Positions 10,147 to 21,603 of a stretch of DNA of 64,000 nucleotides are shown here, one piece after another. The notes below the pieces were generated by a model. That model did not search any database. It was not told where the DNA came from and saw only the letters and a list, made by a program, of their open reading frames with translations. Where the stretch lies: assembly GCA_001600695.1 (NCBI GenBank), contig BCKQ01000002.1, positions 827,184-891,183 on the forward strand, given 5' to 3'. The DNA is from Ascoidea asiatica JCM 7603. Lineage: Eukaryota > Fungi > Ascomycota. A program made the translations under genes and the position numbers. Positions within the stretch are counted from its first letter, which is position 1; the number at the start of each line of letters is the position of its first letter.

Positions 10147-13100
10147 TCAATTAAAAATAAATGATAAATCACTGCGATACTGTTCATCAATAAAAATTAA
10201 ACTTTGGAATTTTCCGCCAGAAATGTGATCAATTTCTCCAAAAGTTTGTTTTAATAATTCCTTCAGATTAATTGTATGGACAGGATCTGTTTTTCTTAGT
10301 TCACTGTATCTGAAAAATTCAGAGGTTTTCCATTTTTCTTTGGAACCAATAATTGAAGTTGAAAATTCTAATTCAGGATAAAGATCTTCTAAAATATGTT
10401 TATGGTAAACTTCACAATCTCCATTTGAATTTTCATTAATTTCATTAAAAAAATCAACCAATATTTGGAAAAATAAACTAGAAGCATTCCTTGAGTACAC
10501 AATGCTTTGCAAATTGTGAAAATTTTTATCTTCATTACCACTAACTGGTAACTTTAATAACATTATAATACCCAATGCTATGATTTTTCTAATCTTTGGT
10601 GTCTTGAAATTAATAAAATCTATACAGTTAAGCCATGTATTAATTAAATTTTCTATAACTTCATTACTTTCCAATTCTGTTTCCATGAAAAAAAATGGAT
10701 AATAATCAAATCCAAAATATAAAATTCTTGACATTAAAATAAATCCTCTTTCTATATTAATTCTTGATTCACCTTTATTACATAAAAATTGCATACCTGA
10801 TAAAAATAATCCAGATTTTGAAAAACAACTAAAAAATTTATCTTTTATTAATTTATCTGATTCATTATTAACTTTAACAAGTAAAATATCCAAAATTGAC
10901 ATGATTATTGTTAAAATTTCTGTTTTCAGATTTGAAAGATATTTTTTAATTATACTAAAAACATCAAATAAAAATGAAGTACCATTTTGATCATCAACAA
11001 GCCAATTAAGAGGGAAAATTAAACTAAAACTTCTAATAATTGAAAGAGGTAAATCCAAATGTTCTGTTTGATTTTCGCAAGCATATAAAATATAAGATCT
11101 TTTTTTGAAAATTTCGGCTAAAATAATTTCATGATTATTCATTTCATTTAAATCTAGAGGTAAACGACGAACCAACGTATCAAATAATTCAAGTCCATCT
11201 TCAAATAACATATTTGCAGAATTTGGGTTGTTAATTGTATCTAAAGAAATATCTAATAAAGGGAAAGTAACATTCAAGGCTAATTGCGAGTCATTTAAAG
11301 AAATGATCAAAACTTTTAATAATCTTAAAATTGAAGGCATAAGAATTTCAATTTTATTATTTACTGCATAAGTCCAAAACATTTGAATAAATTGTAATAA
11401 CTTACTTGTGAATAATTCACTAATTTTAGTTGAACCTTTCATTAAAACCAATGAAATCGTATCAACAATAAACAATTGACTTTCAATTGAGTTCAAGTCA
11501 CCACTAAATAAATCCATTAATTTATCTAAGAATAAGGAACTAAAAGAACTAAATAATTCAATTTTAAATTCTTTATTATCCAAAATAAATTTCAATGAAT
11601 ATAAAACAGATAATTTTATAACTTGATCATTTAAGTGGTTAGTTTGATCCAAAAAGGATAATAATAAATTAAAAACAAAATCGGAATTTTGATCATTAAT
11701 TTGGTTATTCCAATATCCAAGAATTAAAACTATTCTTCTTCTTAAAATAATAAGGTTATTATTGTCAGAAATATTTGAAGCATTAGAAATTGAGGATATT
11801 GGAATTAAAATATTTTTTAATAAATCATTTAAATTGATTATAATATTATTATTAGTATTTAAATTATTTGAAAATTGAATTAAAGTTAAATTGGATTCCA
11901 TACTTATAGTTGATTGTAAATCTAAATTTAGATTTCCATTTGATAAAGATGAATTTAATTGGTTTATATTTGTTAAAATTAATTCTGAAAGATTTGAATT
12001 AAAGATTTTTAAAAAAATATTAAAAAACATTTCAACAGAAGGATTAATTTCAGATTCCCAATTTGAAGAAATTTCTTTTTGGAAAAAATCTTCTGGATCT
12101 TCTTTCCAATTAAATAAATTGATTAAATTTAATTTCAAAAAATTATTATAAAATAAATTAAAAATTTGGATAATTAAATCTTGATTTGAAAATAATTTTT
12201 GAAGATAAATTAAAGGTTGATTATTAACATCATTTTGAGAGATTGATAAAATACTTAAATGATTTAAAATTCTTTTTAAAGATATTATTGATTTTATAAT
12301 TGTTATTTTTTGAGTATTATAAATATCATCAAATTCATCGAATTCATCAATGTTTTGAATATTATTTATTTTTAATGAATTTCTATGTAATATTGTTAAG
12401 AATAAAAATAAAATTTCTTTTGAAAAATCAGTACCACCATTATTGGAATTAGAGTTAGTATTATTTATTGAAATTTTCAAGAAATTATTCAAATGTTTTA
12501 ATATAAGATTATGATAAAGTTTAATATGAGATTTGATAAATTTTTCATAAAAAAATAAAATTTTATGATTTTTTTCATTATTTGAGTTTATAGTTGATAA
12601 AAAATGATCTAAATTTAAAAGTTTTTTTAAATCAATTATAGAAATATTTAAAATTTGATTAATTAAAAGATTATTATTTATAGAAATATCTTTTAAAGAA
12701 TCTGCAATAATTCTTCTTAAGATTTTTAAATTTAAATAATTAATTTTTATTAATTTTATATTTAAAACTTCAGATACATTAAGGGTTGAGTTTGAGTTTG
12801 AATTGAGTTGAGATAATATTTGATACCATTTATTGAATAAGAATTGATAAGATTTAATTAAGTTTGGTATAATAATGATTATTTTTTCTGATAATTGTTG
12901 TCTAATTTTACCAATTTTTACAGAAGATAAAAGTTTTATAATTTGATTTAAAATTATGAATAGATTATTTAAAAGAATTAAATTATTTGAAGATAATGAA
13001 TTTTCTAAGAAACTATTTAATTGATGAAATAAATCTGGCCAATCATTTGGGAATTCAATTCTTGAAATTCTTGAAATGGTGATTGCTAAATTACTTATTA

Positions 13101-13428
13101 TAAGATTATCATCAATTGGAAAAATTTGATTAGAATCAATATTATTAAATAAGTTTAATCTAATTTTAATTTTTTCTTCATTATTGATTGCATTTAACTT
13201 TGATGATTTCCAATATTTATTTACCCCATTTTTTAATTCAATTATTGATAATTTTCTTAAATTTAAATCAATATTTGGAGTTTGATAAATATCTTGTAAT
13301 AAAGAGTAATAACCTGGAGTTATTCTCCATTCATCTAATTGATTTTCAGATAATTTTACAGAGGCATCCCTTGATGGATTTGAGACTGTTTGTAATATAT
13401 TGACTAAATTTTGTTTATTGAGATCCAT
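10147..13428 (-). CDS. KAP120: Importin-beta family karyopherin Kap120 (importin-11)
   Basis: IBN_N region IIELKNGVNKYWK..NAI..EEK, RIEFPNDWPDLF, C-terminal DPVHTINLKE. Confidence 0.88.
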   Translation of the reverse strand: MDLNKQNLVNILQTVSNPSRDASVKLSENQLDEWRITPGYYSLLQDIYQTPNIDLNLRKLSIIELKNGVNKYWKSSKLNAINNEEKIKIRLNLFNNIDSNQIFPIDDNLIISNLAITISRISRIEFPNDWPDLFHQLNSFLENSLSSNNLILLNNLFIILNQIIKLLSSVKIGKIRQQLSEKIIIIIPNLIKSYQFLFNKWYQILSQLNSNSNSTLNVSEVLNIKLIKINYLNLKILRRIIADSLKDISINNNLLINQILNISIIDLKKLLNLDHFLSTINSNNEKNHKILFFYEKFIKSHIKLYHNLILKHLNNFLKISINNTNSNSNNGGTDFSKEILFLFLTILHRNSLKINNIQNIDEFDEFDDIYNTQKITIIKSIISLKRILNHLSILSISQNDVNNQPLIYLQKLFSNQDLIIQIFNLFYNNFLKLNLINLFNWKEDPEDFFQKEISSNWESEINPSVEMFFNIFLKIFNSNLSELILTNINQLNSSLSNGNLNLDLQSTISMESNLTLIQFSNNLNTNNNIIINLNDLLKNILIPISSISNASNISDNNNLIILRRRIVLILGYWNNQINDQNSDFVFNLLLSFLDQTNHLNDQVIKLSVLYSLKFILDNKEFKIELFSSFSSLFLDKLMDLFSGDLNSIESQLFIVDTISLVLMKGSTKISELFTSKLLQFIQMFWTYAVNNKIEILMPSILRLLKVLIISLNDSQLALNVTFPLLDISLDTINNPNSANMLFEDGLELFDTLVRRLPLDLNEMNNHEIILAEIFKKRSYILYACENQTEHLDLPLSIIRSFSLIFPLNWLVDDQNGTSFLFDVFSIIKKYLSNLKTEILTIIMSILDILLVKVNNESDKLIKDKFFSCFSKSGLFLSGMQFLCNKGESRINIERGFILMSRILYFGFDYYPFFFMETELESNEVIENLINTWLNCIDFINFKTPKIRKIIALGIIMLLKLPVSGNEDKNFHNLQSIVYSRNASSLFFQILVDFFNEINENSNGDCEVYHKHILEDLYPELEFSTSIIGSKEKWKTSEFFRYSELRKTDPVHTINLKELLKQTFGEIDHISGGKFQSLIFIDEQYRSDLSFIFN

Positions 13429-13602
13429 TTTTGAAATAGATAAGAATTAAAGAATTTGATATATCTTTTCAAATTAAGAACTATAATAGATAAATATATA
13501 TAATCTTGAAATATGAAAGAATAATGCTACTAGTAGTTAGTTAATCATTCAGAAACAAAGAATAAAAAGGAGAAAACATTCTTTGATATGAATATTAGGA
13601 GC

Positions 13603-13610
13603 CTTTTATA
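13603..13610 (-). promoter_or_regulatory. TATA box (TATAAAAG) of KAP120
   Basis: Consensus TATAWAWR about 175 bp upstream of the ATG. Confidence 0.45.
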
Positions 13611-14181
13611 GTCTTGTCTATCTGGCAAATACCCCTATTACTTTAGAAAAAAGTAGAAAAGGACCAAGAATCTGTTACAAGTTTCAACAGCAGAAAAGTC
13701 TTCTGCTTCACCAAAGAAACCAACAAATTTGCAAAATCTCAAGCGAAAGTTTTAGCAGAGTAAAAATTAGTTCAGCGCTGTGGAACTCTGTCTCGCAGCG
13801 CAACAGCAGAGAAAAGTGACTCGGGAATAGTGTCCTGAGGTTGAGTGGACTTGTCCTATCCCCAGGAAACTGTTAGGACGTTAAAAGAAAAGAATCTAGG
13901 AACACCCGATTGTTATTCAATCCTAAACTTTAATCTGAGAGTATTATGTTCATGGGAATTATTCTACAATTGTCATTCAAAAGGAATATATATTTATTAT
14001 TGAAAATAAAATAAGGGTTTTCTTTCGTTCAAATTAATATATAAGAATCTTCAAACTTCATTTTCACTAACGGTTTAGACTCTTTTACTGATATTGTCCT
14101 TCAGCTTTTTTCATTTTTTACTTATCGCATTTGTTATATTATCTCCTGGACAAGTAAATACATTGTTTTATAAAAAAAGTA

Positions 14182-14382
14182 ATGAATAAAATGAATATTG
14201 GTTTTGTAATACAAAGTTATGCAAAAAACATTTGTTTAAAATTGGTTTGTAGCAAAAACAAAACTGAAACTGAGGTTGCACCGCCACAAATTCACTCAGC
14301 CTTTGAAAAAAATCTAACCACATTTAAATTAACAAAATCTTTTTTTGAGGATCTCACAAACCCACCAATAGGACGTTGGTGA
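14182..14382 (+). CDS. Possible small orphan protein (66 aa)
   Basis: ATG in an A-rich context and non-repetitive sequence; no recognisable homology. Confidence 0.2.
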   Translation: MNKMNIGFVIQSYAKNICLKLVCSKNKTETEVAPPQIHSAFEKNLTTFKLTKSFFEDLTNPPIGRW

Positions 14383-15038
14383 CACCTAAACCTTAACTTT
14401 AATTCATTACTTTACTCAACGAAATTTAGAGTAGCCTTAATCCATGACAAAGATGAAATATAATTGATTATTCTTTATATAAGAAGTCTATTTGCCTAAT
14501 ATATGTTTATAGATAGCATTATAATTAGCTAGGCTTAGATACATTGTTAACTATCTAGATAATGCTCAGTTTTCTATAAGTATGAGTAATTATAAGATAA
14601 TTTCAAAACTAACTATAAAAGAGGTCTTCATTCAGTTTTCCTAACCTAAATAACACTGAAAAACTATAAAAAAAGTAGCAATATGTTTTGAAGATATAAG
14701 AAAATTCTAGATTTTTATATTTTACACTTTATTCTAATTTTGATGTCTTTTACTTTGTACTATTTGTTTTTTTTGGTACTCCTGTTTGCTTGTTTGTTCC
14801 ATTGCAGAATGGGCTTTTATTTTAATGAAATGGAAAACACAAACAATAAATGCGAAGTTTTTCAAAATATTCGTAGAATCACTATTTGGGCTATTTTTCA
14901 TTCGTTATTAGATTTTTAAGCTATAATCAATATTTCATTAAACAATTGAAAAAAAAGATAAAGTTATATAGTATTAATCCCAAAAGTTCAAATTTAATGT
15001 AACATTAACATTAACTATCACTAAAACTAAATTGATGC

Positions 15039-15617
15039 TTATGTTCCTTTGCTGGGGTCAAATTCAACTGTTAAAAGGTAAAAGAATGCAATAATAAAAA
15101 TTGGCCAAAAGGAAAATATATAAAAAGCCCAGCTAATAATCGATGATACAAGAAACAATATTGGTTTTGAAATTCTTTTTAAATTGAAAGAGAAAACTAA
15201 AGCTAATAGCATGTTCCAAAATCCTAATTTTTCTAAAAAAAACAAAGGTACAATTTTCAAAATGAATAAAGGAAAAGCTAAAAAATTTGAGCATCTCTTA
15301 GTACAATTCTTTGTAATGAAATTTTGTTTAGATATAGCATTGATAACAGCACTTTCACATGCAGCCTCGAAATCACTACCAGCACCAGTACTTAAAAGCA
15401 ATCTCGAATGAGCTATATCTTCTTTGACACAAAAACATTCAACAAATTGGATATCTGAAATTTCAAGTTTTTTTTGAGTGAGCTGAGTAAATAAAATTTT
15501 CCCTTTTGAATTTTTTTCTAACTTTTCTACTATTTTGAGAGTAAATATATTATGGGGCTGCTTGAGGTTATATAAATCTATCGACTCATTAAATGATTTT
15601 CCATCCATTTCTTTCAT
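15039..15617 (-). CDS. dsRBD-like domain protein with hydrophobic C-terminal tail; paralog of a dsRBD in the 7389 gene
   Basis: Good start context (aaataaaATG). QFVECF...LSTGAGSDFEAACESAVINAI matches TFVVCY...LSVGSGWDYKDACERSSLIAV of the 7389 protein. The last ~80 aa are strongly hydrophobic. Confidence 0.6.
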   Translation of the reverse strand: MKEMDGKSFNESIDLYNLKQPHNIFTLKIVEKLEKNSKGKILFTQLTQKKLEISDIQFVECFCVKEDIAHSRLLLSTGAGSDFEAACESAVINAISKQNFITKNCTKRCSNFLAFPLFILKIVPLFFLEKLGFWNMLLALVFSFNLKRISKPILFLVSSIISWAFYIFSFWPIFIIAFFYLLTVEFDPSKGT

Positions 15618-16634
15618 TTTATTTATTTGAATAATACTTTTCTGTATTATTAATGGATGTAGAACAAGATTTTTAAATAGATCTTGACTATATTATAGCA
15701 AAAAAAAAAGGAAAATGAATTTTTAAATATCATTACTCAACTCCTGATTAACTTAAAAAAAAATTTTGGGTAGTTTATTTCCAAAAGAGGTATCTTTAAT
15801 TTGATTACTTTATAATTAGAATTGTAAGTTTTTGATAAAGCAATTCATTCATTATCCTTTTCAAAGTAGAAAGTTTAAAATTTTCCGAAATTGATATTTT
15901 TTAAAAGTTTCCTTTTTTTGATTCATTAAAAAAAAGAAAAGATATGTAGGGATAATTCTGTGGGAATATAAACTAATAGTTTCAATTAGTTTGAAGTGTG
16001 GGACTAATAAAACACATATCTTTGAAAGATGAATATGAATTTATAAGAGAAAGCAAGTTATAAGTTTAGTTGAAATAATATTAAAATCAAAAAGCTGTGA
16101 AATTGAAATAATTACAAAACATAAGATCAAAGAACAGGATCAAGGCAAGTGTATGTGGGACACTTTTTTTTTTTTTAAGTCTACATAATAATTCTTTTGT
16201 ACCGCTTTTGGTTACACGATCCCCAAAAATGGTCTTGGTCTGACCGGAATTCCGGGATTACTCAATAACGTGATTTATTAGACCTCTACTAACAGACCCC
16301 TGTTTAAAGGCTGAGTGCCGGTTTTTGTTTTATCTGGCTTCTTTTTTCTGTTTTCTTTTTACAGTGTCAAATTCTCCTATTTATACTTAAACAACAAGAT
16401 ACGGTTAACTGTACTTGATCAAAGCCATTTGGAAGAAATCGTAATTGTAGATTAGATTAATAGAGATCACCAAAGATAGGTTTCTTAAGCACAAGAAATA
16501 ATTAAAATATAAACGCATTGAGCTTTTTTATTTTATTATCAATCAATTAATCAATCAAAACTTATCATAGGAAACCTATTGAGATTTAAAAACAAAACAG
16601 AATAGCAAATATTAGATCAGATAACAAATAAACA

Positions 16635-18695
16635 ATGGATGAAACTCTTATTTCTACAATTAATAAATTGCAAGATGCATTAGCACCATTAGGAGGAGGT
16701 AATGGCTCTCCTGTAGATTTACCTCAAATCACTGTAGTTGGTTCCCAATCTTCTGGTAAATCTTCAGTATTAGAAAATATTGTTGGAAGAGATTTTTTAC
16801 CAAGAGGTACTGGAATTGTTACTAGAAGACCTTTAGTTTTACAATTAATTAATAGAAGACCAAATAAAAGGGCTTCTCAACAGTTAATTGAAATGGAAGG
16901 TGAGAATAATAAAGATGAATGGGGTGAATTTTTACATATACCCGGTAAGAAATTTTATAAATTTGAAGATATTAGAAATGAAATTGTTAGAGAAACTGAT
17001 AAAACAACTGGTAAAAATGCTGGAATATCTCCATTACCAATAAATTTAAGAATTTATTCACCTTTTGTTTTAACTTTAACTTTAGTTGATTTACCTGGTT
17101 TAACAAAAGTTCCTGTTGGTGATCAACCAAAAGATATTGAAAAACAAATAAAAGATATGCTTTTAAAATTTATTTCAAAACCAAATGCCATTATATTATC
17201 TGTAAATGCTGCAAATCAAGATTTAGCTAATTCTGATGGTTTGAAATTAGCTAGAGAAGTTGATCCAGAAGGAACAAGAACTATTGGTGTTTTAACAAAA
17301 GTTGATTTAATGGATCAAGGTACCGATGTTATTGATATTTTAGCAGGTAGAGTTATACCTTTAAGATATGGTTATGTACCTGTAATAAATAGAGGTCAAA
17401 GAGATATTGAACAAAAAAAAACTATAAGAGATGCTTTATATGATGAAAAGAAATTTTTTGAAAATCATCCTTCATATAGTTCTAAATCTCATTATTGTGG
17501 TACTCCATATTTAGCAAAAAAATTAAATTCAATTTTATTACATCATATTAAACAAACTTTACCAGAAATTAAACTAAGAATTGAAAGTGCTTTAAAAAAA
17601 TATCAAAATGAGTTAAGTAATTTAGGTCCTGAAATTGTTGATTCACCATCTTCAATTGTATTAAGTGTTATAACAAGTTTTTGTAAAGATTATAATAGTA
17701 TTCTTGAAGGTGAATCAAAAGATATAAGTTCTCAAGAATTAAGCGGAGGTGCAAGAATTTCATATGTATTTCATGAAATTTTTAAAAATGGTGTAAATGC
17801 TTTAGACCCTTTTGATCAAATTAAAGATGCTGATATTAGAACAATAATGTATAATTCATCAGGTTCAAAACCTTCATTATTTGTTGGAACTGGAGCCTTT
17901 GAAGTTTTAGTTAAACAACAAATAAGTAGATTTGAAGATCCAGTTTTAAGATGTGTTACATTAATTTTTGATGAATTAGTTAGAATTTTAGCACAAATTT
18001 TATCATCTCCACAGTATTCTAGATATCCAGCATTAAAAGAAAAAGTTTCATTAGTATTTATACAATATTTAAAAGAAAGATTAATACCAACAAATGAATT
18101 TGTTATAGATATTATTAAAAGTGAAGAAACTTATATTAATACTGCACATCCAGATTTATTAAAAGGTAATCAAGCAATGACAATGGTTGAAGAAAAATTA
18201 CATCCACCAAGAACAATTCAAGTTGATCCAAAAACTGGTAAACCATTAAAAAATTCTCCAAGTCCATCAATGAATGGAACTGCAACACTTGGACAAACAC
18301 AAGATGATAAACAAAGTGGATTCTTTGGAGGATTTTTTTCAACAAAAAATAAAAAAAGATTAGCAGCAATGGAAGCACCACCACAGATTTTAAGAGCTTC
18401 AGGATCTATGTCAGATAGAGAAACAATGGAAACTGAAGTTATTAAATTATTAATTCAAAGTTATTATAGCATTGTTAAAAGAACAGTTGCAGATATAATA
18501 CCAAAATCAATAATGTTAAAATTAATTGTTAGATCTAAAGATGATATTCAAAAAATTTTATTAGAAAAATTATATGGATCAAATGATGTTAGTGATTTAA
18601 TTAAAGAAAATGAATTAACAGTTCAAAGAAGAAAAGAATGTAAGAAAATGGTTGAAGTTTTATCTCACGCAAGTGAGATTGTTTCAAGCGTTTAA
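16635..18695 (+). CDS. VPS1: Dynamin-like GTPase Vps1
   Basis: [30 protein letters not shown] motifs; GED domain; C-terminal EIVSSV. Confidence 0.97.
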   Translation: MDETLISTINKLQDALAPLGGGNGSPVDLPQITVVGSQSSGKSSVLENIVGRDFLPRGTGIVTRRPLVLQLINRRPNKRASQQLIEMEGENNKDEWGEFLHIPGKKFYKFEDIRNEIVRETDKTTGKNAGISPLPINLRIYSPFVLTLTLVDLPGLTKVPVGDQPKDIEKQIKDMLLKFISKPNAIILSVNAANQDLANSDGLKLAREVDPEGTRTIGVLTKVDLMDQGTDVIDILAGRVIPLRYGYVPVINRGQRDIEQKKTIRDALYDEKKFFENHPSYSSKSHYCGTPYLAKKLNSILLHHIKQTLPEIKLRIESALKKYQNELSNLGPEIVDSPSSIVLSVITSFCKDYNSILEGESKDISSQELSGGARISYVFHEIFKNGVNALDPFDQIKDADIRTIMYNSSGSKPSLFVGTGAFEVLVKQQISRFEDPVLRCVTLIFDELVRILAQILSSPQYSRYPALKEKVSLVFIQYLKERLIPTNEFVIDIIKSEETYINTAHPDLLKGNQAMTMVEEKLHPPRTIQVDPKTGKPLKNSPSPSMNGTATLGQTQDDKQSGFFGGFFSTKNKKRLAAMEAPPQILRASGSMSDRETMETEVIKLLIQSYYSIVKRTVADIIPKSIMLKLIVRSKDDIQKILLEKLYGSNDVSDLIKENELTVQRRKECKKMVEVLSHASEIVSSV

Positions 18696-19678
18696 GATTA
18701 ATTTAAATAATATAAGAAACATAAAAATCAAATACCAAATTTTTAAAAATATTCCATCATTTTCTTTTACTATATTAATTAACTTTTAATAGTAATTGAT
18801 ATTAGTATTATCATTTAATTTTATCTAATTTCACTTTTACTTTTGAATTCACCTTTTCTTTTACTTTTGCTTTTGCTTTTTAGTTTCTATTAATCTTTAT
18901 AAACCATTCATATAAATAATTATTTGGTAATTTAAGATTTTTAATTATTTTTCAGATATATTTCAAGAGTCTCAATGTTTTAATAATTCGAAATTTTATT
19001 ACATATTATAATTAATTTCCAGCTGTTTTCGGATACATCTATATAGTTTTATATATAAATATGAATAAATACAAATAAATATTTCAATCAATATTAAAAA
19101 CTTTATATATTTAATTTAAATCTAGGTCCTATATCCGCAAATCCCAACCTATTTTTTAGAGTTTAGGATTGTTTTGCGGATTTAAAATCCATAAAAGGTA
19201 ATTTTTGAGAAAGACTTAAGAAAAATGAGAAAACGGAAATACATCACGGGACATAACTATTGTGGCAAGTGCTTTATCCACACCTCTTTTAAAGAAGACA
19301 TGTCCTTATCGTGGCGGTGTCTTCTACTTTCTTGATTCCGTGGAATGGAGCTAGGCTGGCACTGAGAGCAAAACTGAGAAAGATGATCGCAGTGGTGGTT
19401 TTGGTGAAAATGGTGAATGTGACAGAATAAACCAGAATAGAATAATGAGAAGAGAACCTATTTGGTAGGTTTGGTAAGATATTAGTAAGTCTTTGGTGAT
19501 AAATATTCTTTTTTTTTAGTTTTTAAGGTATATTCTCATTCTTATTCTATTTATTATTATTTTTATTTATATTAATTAGGTGGTGATTATTTGTAGTATA
19601 TTCATGTTTGTTTTTTAAGAAATTTATTGTTTTTTTTAAAAATTTCATCATTGATTGTTTTTTTAAAATATTTTAAAA

Positions 19679-20251
19679 ATGGGTAAAACAGCCTCTAAAT
19701 TATCTAAAGATGATATAAATACATTAAAATCTAAAACATATTTTGATAAAAGAGAATTACAACAATGGTATAAAGGATTTTTAAGAGATTGTCCAAGTGG
19801 AAAATTAACAAAAATTGAATTTATAAAAATATATAAACAATTTTTTCCATTTGGAGATCCAACAGATTTTGCAACATATATATTTAATGTATTTGATACA
19901 AATAAATCAGGATCAATAGAATTTAAAGAATTTATTATGGCATTGTCAATAACTTCAAGAGGTGATGATAAAGAAAAATTAAGATGGAGTTTTAAATTAT
20001 ATGATTTAAATAATGATGGTAAAATAGAATTTAATGAAATGTTAACAATTTTAAATGCAATTTATAAAATGATTGGTACAATGGTTGAATTAAATGATGA
20101 TGAAAATACTCCAGAAAAAAGATGTTTAAAAATTTTTAAAATTATGAATAAAGATAAAAATGATTTTATAACTTTAGAAGAATTTGAAGATATAAATAAA
20201 ATTGATCCAAGTATTTTAGATGCATTGAAATTATATAAAGATTTAGTATAA
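19679..20251 (+). CDS. FRQ1: Frequenin/NCS-1 EF-hand calcium sensor
   Basis: Myristoylation start [24 protein letters not shown]-hands, 190 aa. Confidence 0.96.
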   Translation: MGKTASKLSKDDINTLKSKTYFDKRELQQWYKGFLRDCPSGKLTKIEFIKIYKQFFPFGDPTDFATYIFNVFDTNKSGSIEFKEFIMALSITSRGDDKEKLRWSFKLYDLNNDGKIEFNEMLTILNAIYKMIGTMVELNDDENTPEKRCLKIFKIMNKDKNDFITLEEFEDINKIDPSILDALKLYKDLV

Positions 20252-20272
20252 TATTTATATAATTTATATAAT

Positions 20273-21091
20273 TTATACATATTCACAAGTTTTAATTGCA
20301 CCTTTACAAATTATTTTTATAATATCAGTAATTAACCAATATGGTACAGCAGATTTTGCATCATTTTCAATTGCAATATCTAAATGTTCTAATTCTTGAT
20401 CTCTAAAAATTTTAATAGTATTTTTTAAATTTTCAATTTCATTACTTTGTAAACCATTTATAAATAATATATTTTCATTATTTTCTTTATCAATTACATT
20501 AACATTATAATTATTCATTAAATTTCTTAATTGATCATTATAATGATTACCAATTACAGTTTCAACAGCTACAGTACAAGCCATTGCACATTCTTTACTT
20601 ACCATTCCAGTTACAAAACCTAAACCAATAGCACCAATTCTCCAAAATGGAGTTATTAATGAAGGTCTAACTCTATATTTTGTTTGTAAATTATTAAAAG
20701 TATTATGATGATGAACTTCTTGTTCCCACATATGAGTTAAAATTTTTTTTAATTCTGGTTTTTTATGAATTAAAGCAAAAATTTGTCCTTGATAAATATA
20801 ATTTGCACCTAATTCTCCAGCTTGATCAACTCTTATAACTTTATCTAAAAAAAATTTTTGATTTGAATTTAATTCTGTGAATTGAAAATTATCATTTTTG
20901 AATTTTATTAATTCATCTTTTTTATTTTCATCATTTGAAATTTCTTTTAATTTTAATAATTTTTCATTTTTAATCTCTTCTGATAATTGTTTTAATGTTG
21001 AAAAATTTGATTTAAAATAAAATTGATTTGATTTAAAAAGTAATTTGGATAGCGCCGAATGAGATTGATTTATAGATCTTGTGGAATACAT
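20273..21091 (-). CDS. COQ7: Demethoxyubiquinone hydroxylase Coq7/Cat5
   Basis: Mitochondrial presequence; RVDQAGELGANYIY, EQEVHH, AVETVIGNHYNDQ, FRDQELEH di-iron motifs. Confidence 0.95.
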   Translation of the reverse strand: MYSTRSINQSHSALSKLLFKSNQFYFKSNFSTLKQLSEEIKNEKLLKLKEISNDENKKDELIKFKNDNFQFTELNSNQKFFLDKVIRVDQAGELGANYIYQGQIFALIHKKPELKKILTHMWEQEVHHHNTFNNLQTKYRVRPSLITPFWRIGAIGLGFVTGMVSKECAMACTVAVETVIGNHYNDQLRNLMNNYNVNVIDKENNENILFINGLQSNEIENLKNTIKIFRDQELEHLDIAIENDAKSAVPYWLITDIIKIICKGAIKTCEYV

Positions 21092-21109
21092 TTTCTACAT
21101 TCATCCTAC

Positions 21110-21152
21110 AATTGAATTGAATTGAATTGAATTGAATTGAATTGAATTGAAT
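21110..21152. repeat. (AATTG)8 microsatellite in the COQ7 5' leader
   Basis: Read directly from the sequence. Confidence 0.9.
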
Positions 21153-21603
21153 AACAATAATTCAAATCATTTTCTTTTGAATCAATTGATTCTCTTTGAT
21201 AAGTGATTTATCAATCGACAATCCCCAACCCCAAACATACTAAAACAATATCCACTAAAACCTCATACAAATTACAAATTTCATTACCAGCATAAAAATC
21301 ACCATATGAAAATGAAAATCCGCAGAGGATGGTAACTATTACGTAATCTCACGTTTTATTCCTCATCTAAAAAGACTTTGAAGCAATTGTTGATGAAATT
21401 GACAATTACAAGAAACTACAAAAAAACTACAAATAAAATATTTAATTTTATAAGAAAAGAGTTATCATTTATTATTTGTCTAGCTATATGCTTTACTAAT
21501 TTAAAGTAAAATAAACAAAATTGATAATTAAGAAATAAGTATTTTTAAAACGAAAAAAAATACTAAAGCATACTCAAAGATATTCAAAGATAATGAAAGA
21601 TAT

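Noticed and set aside
13520-13635. Possible 5'-UTR intron of KAP120 (GTATTT..AACTAAC..TAG)
   Set aside because: It would contain the likely TATA box; signals are weak.
9757-15895. CDEIII-like TTTCCGAAA (~9762, ~15882) and CDEI-like RTCACATG elsewhere
   Set aside because: No CDEI-CDEII-CDEIII arrangement at the correct spacing.
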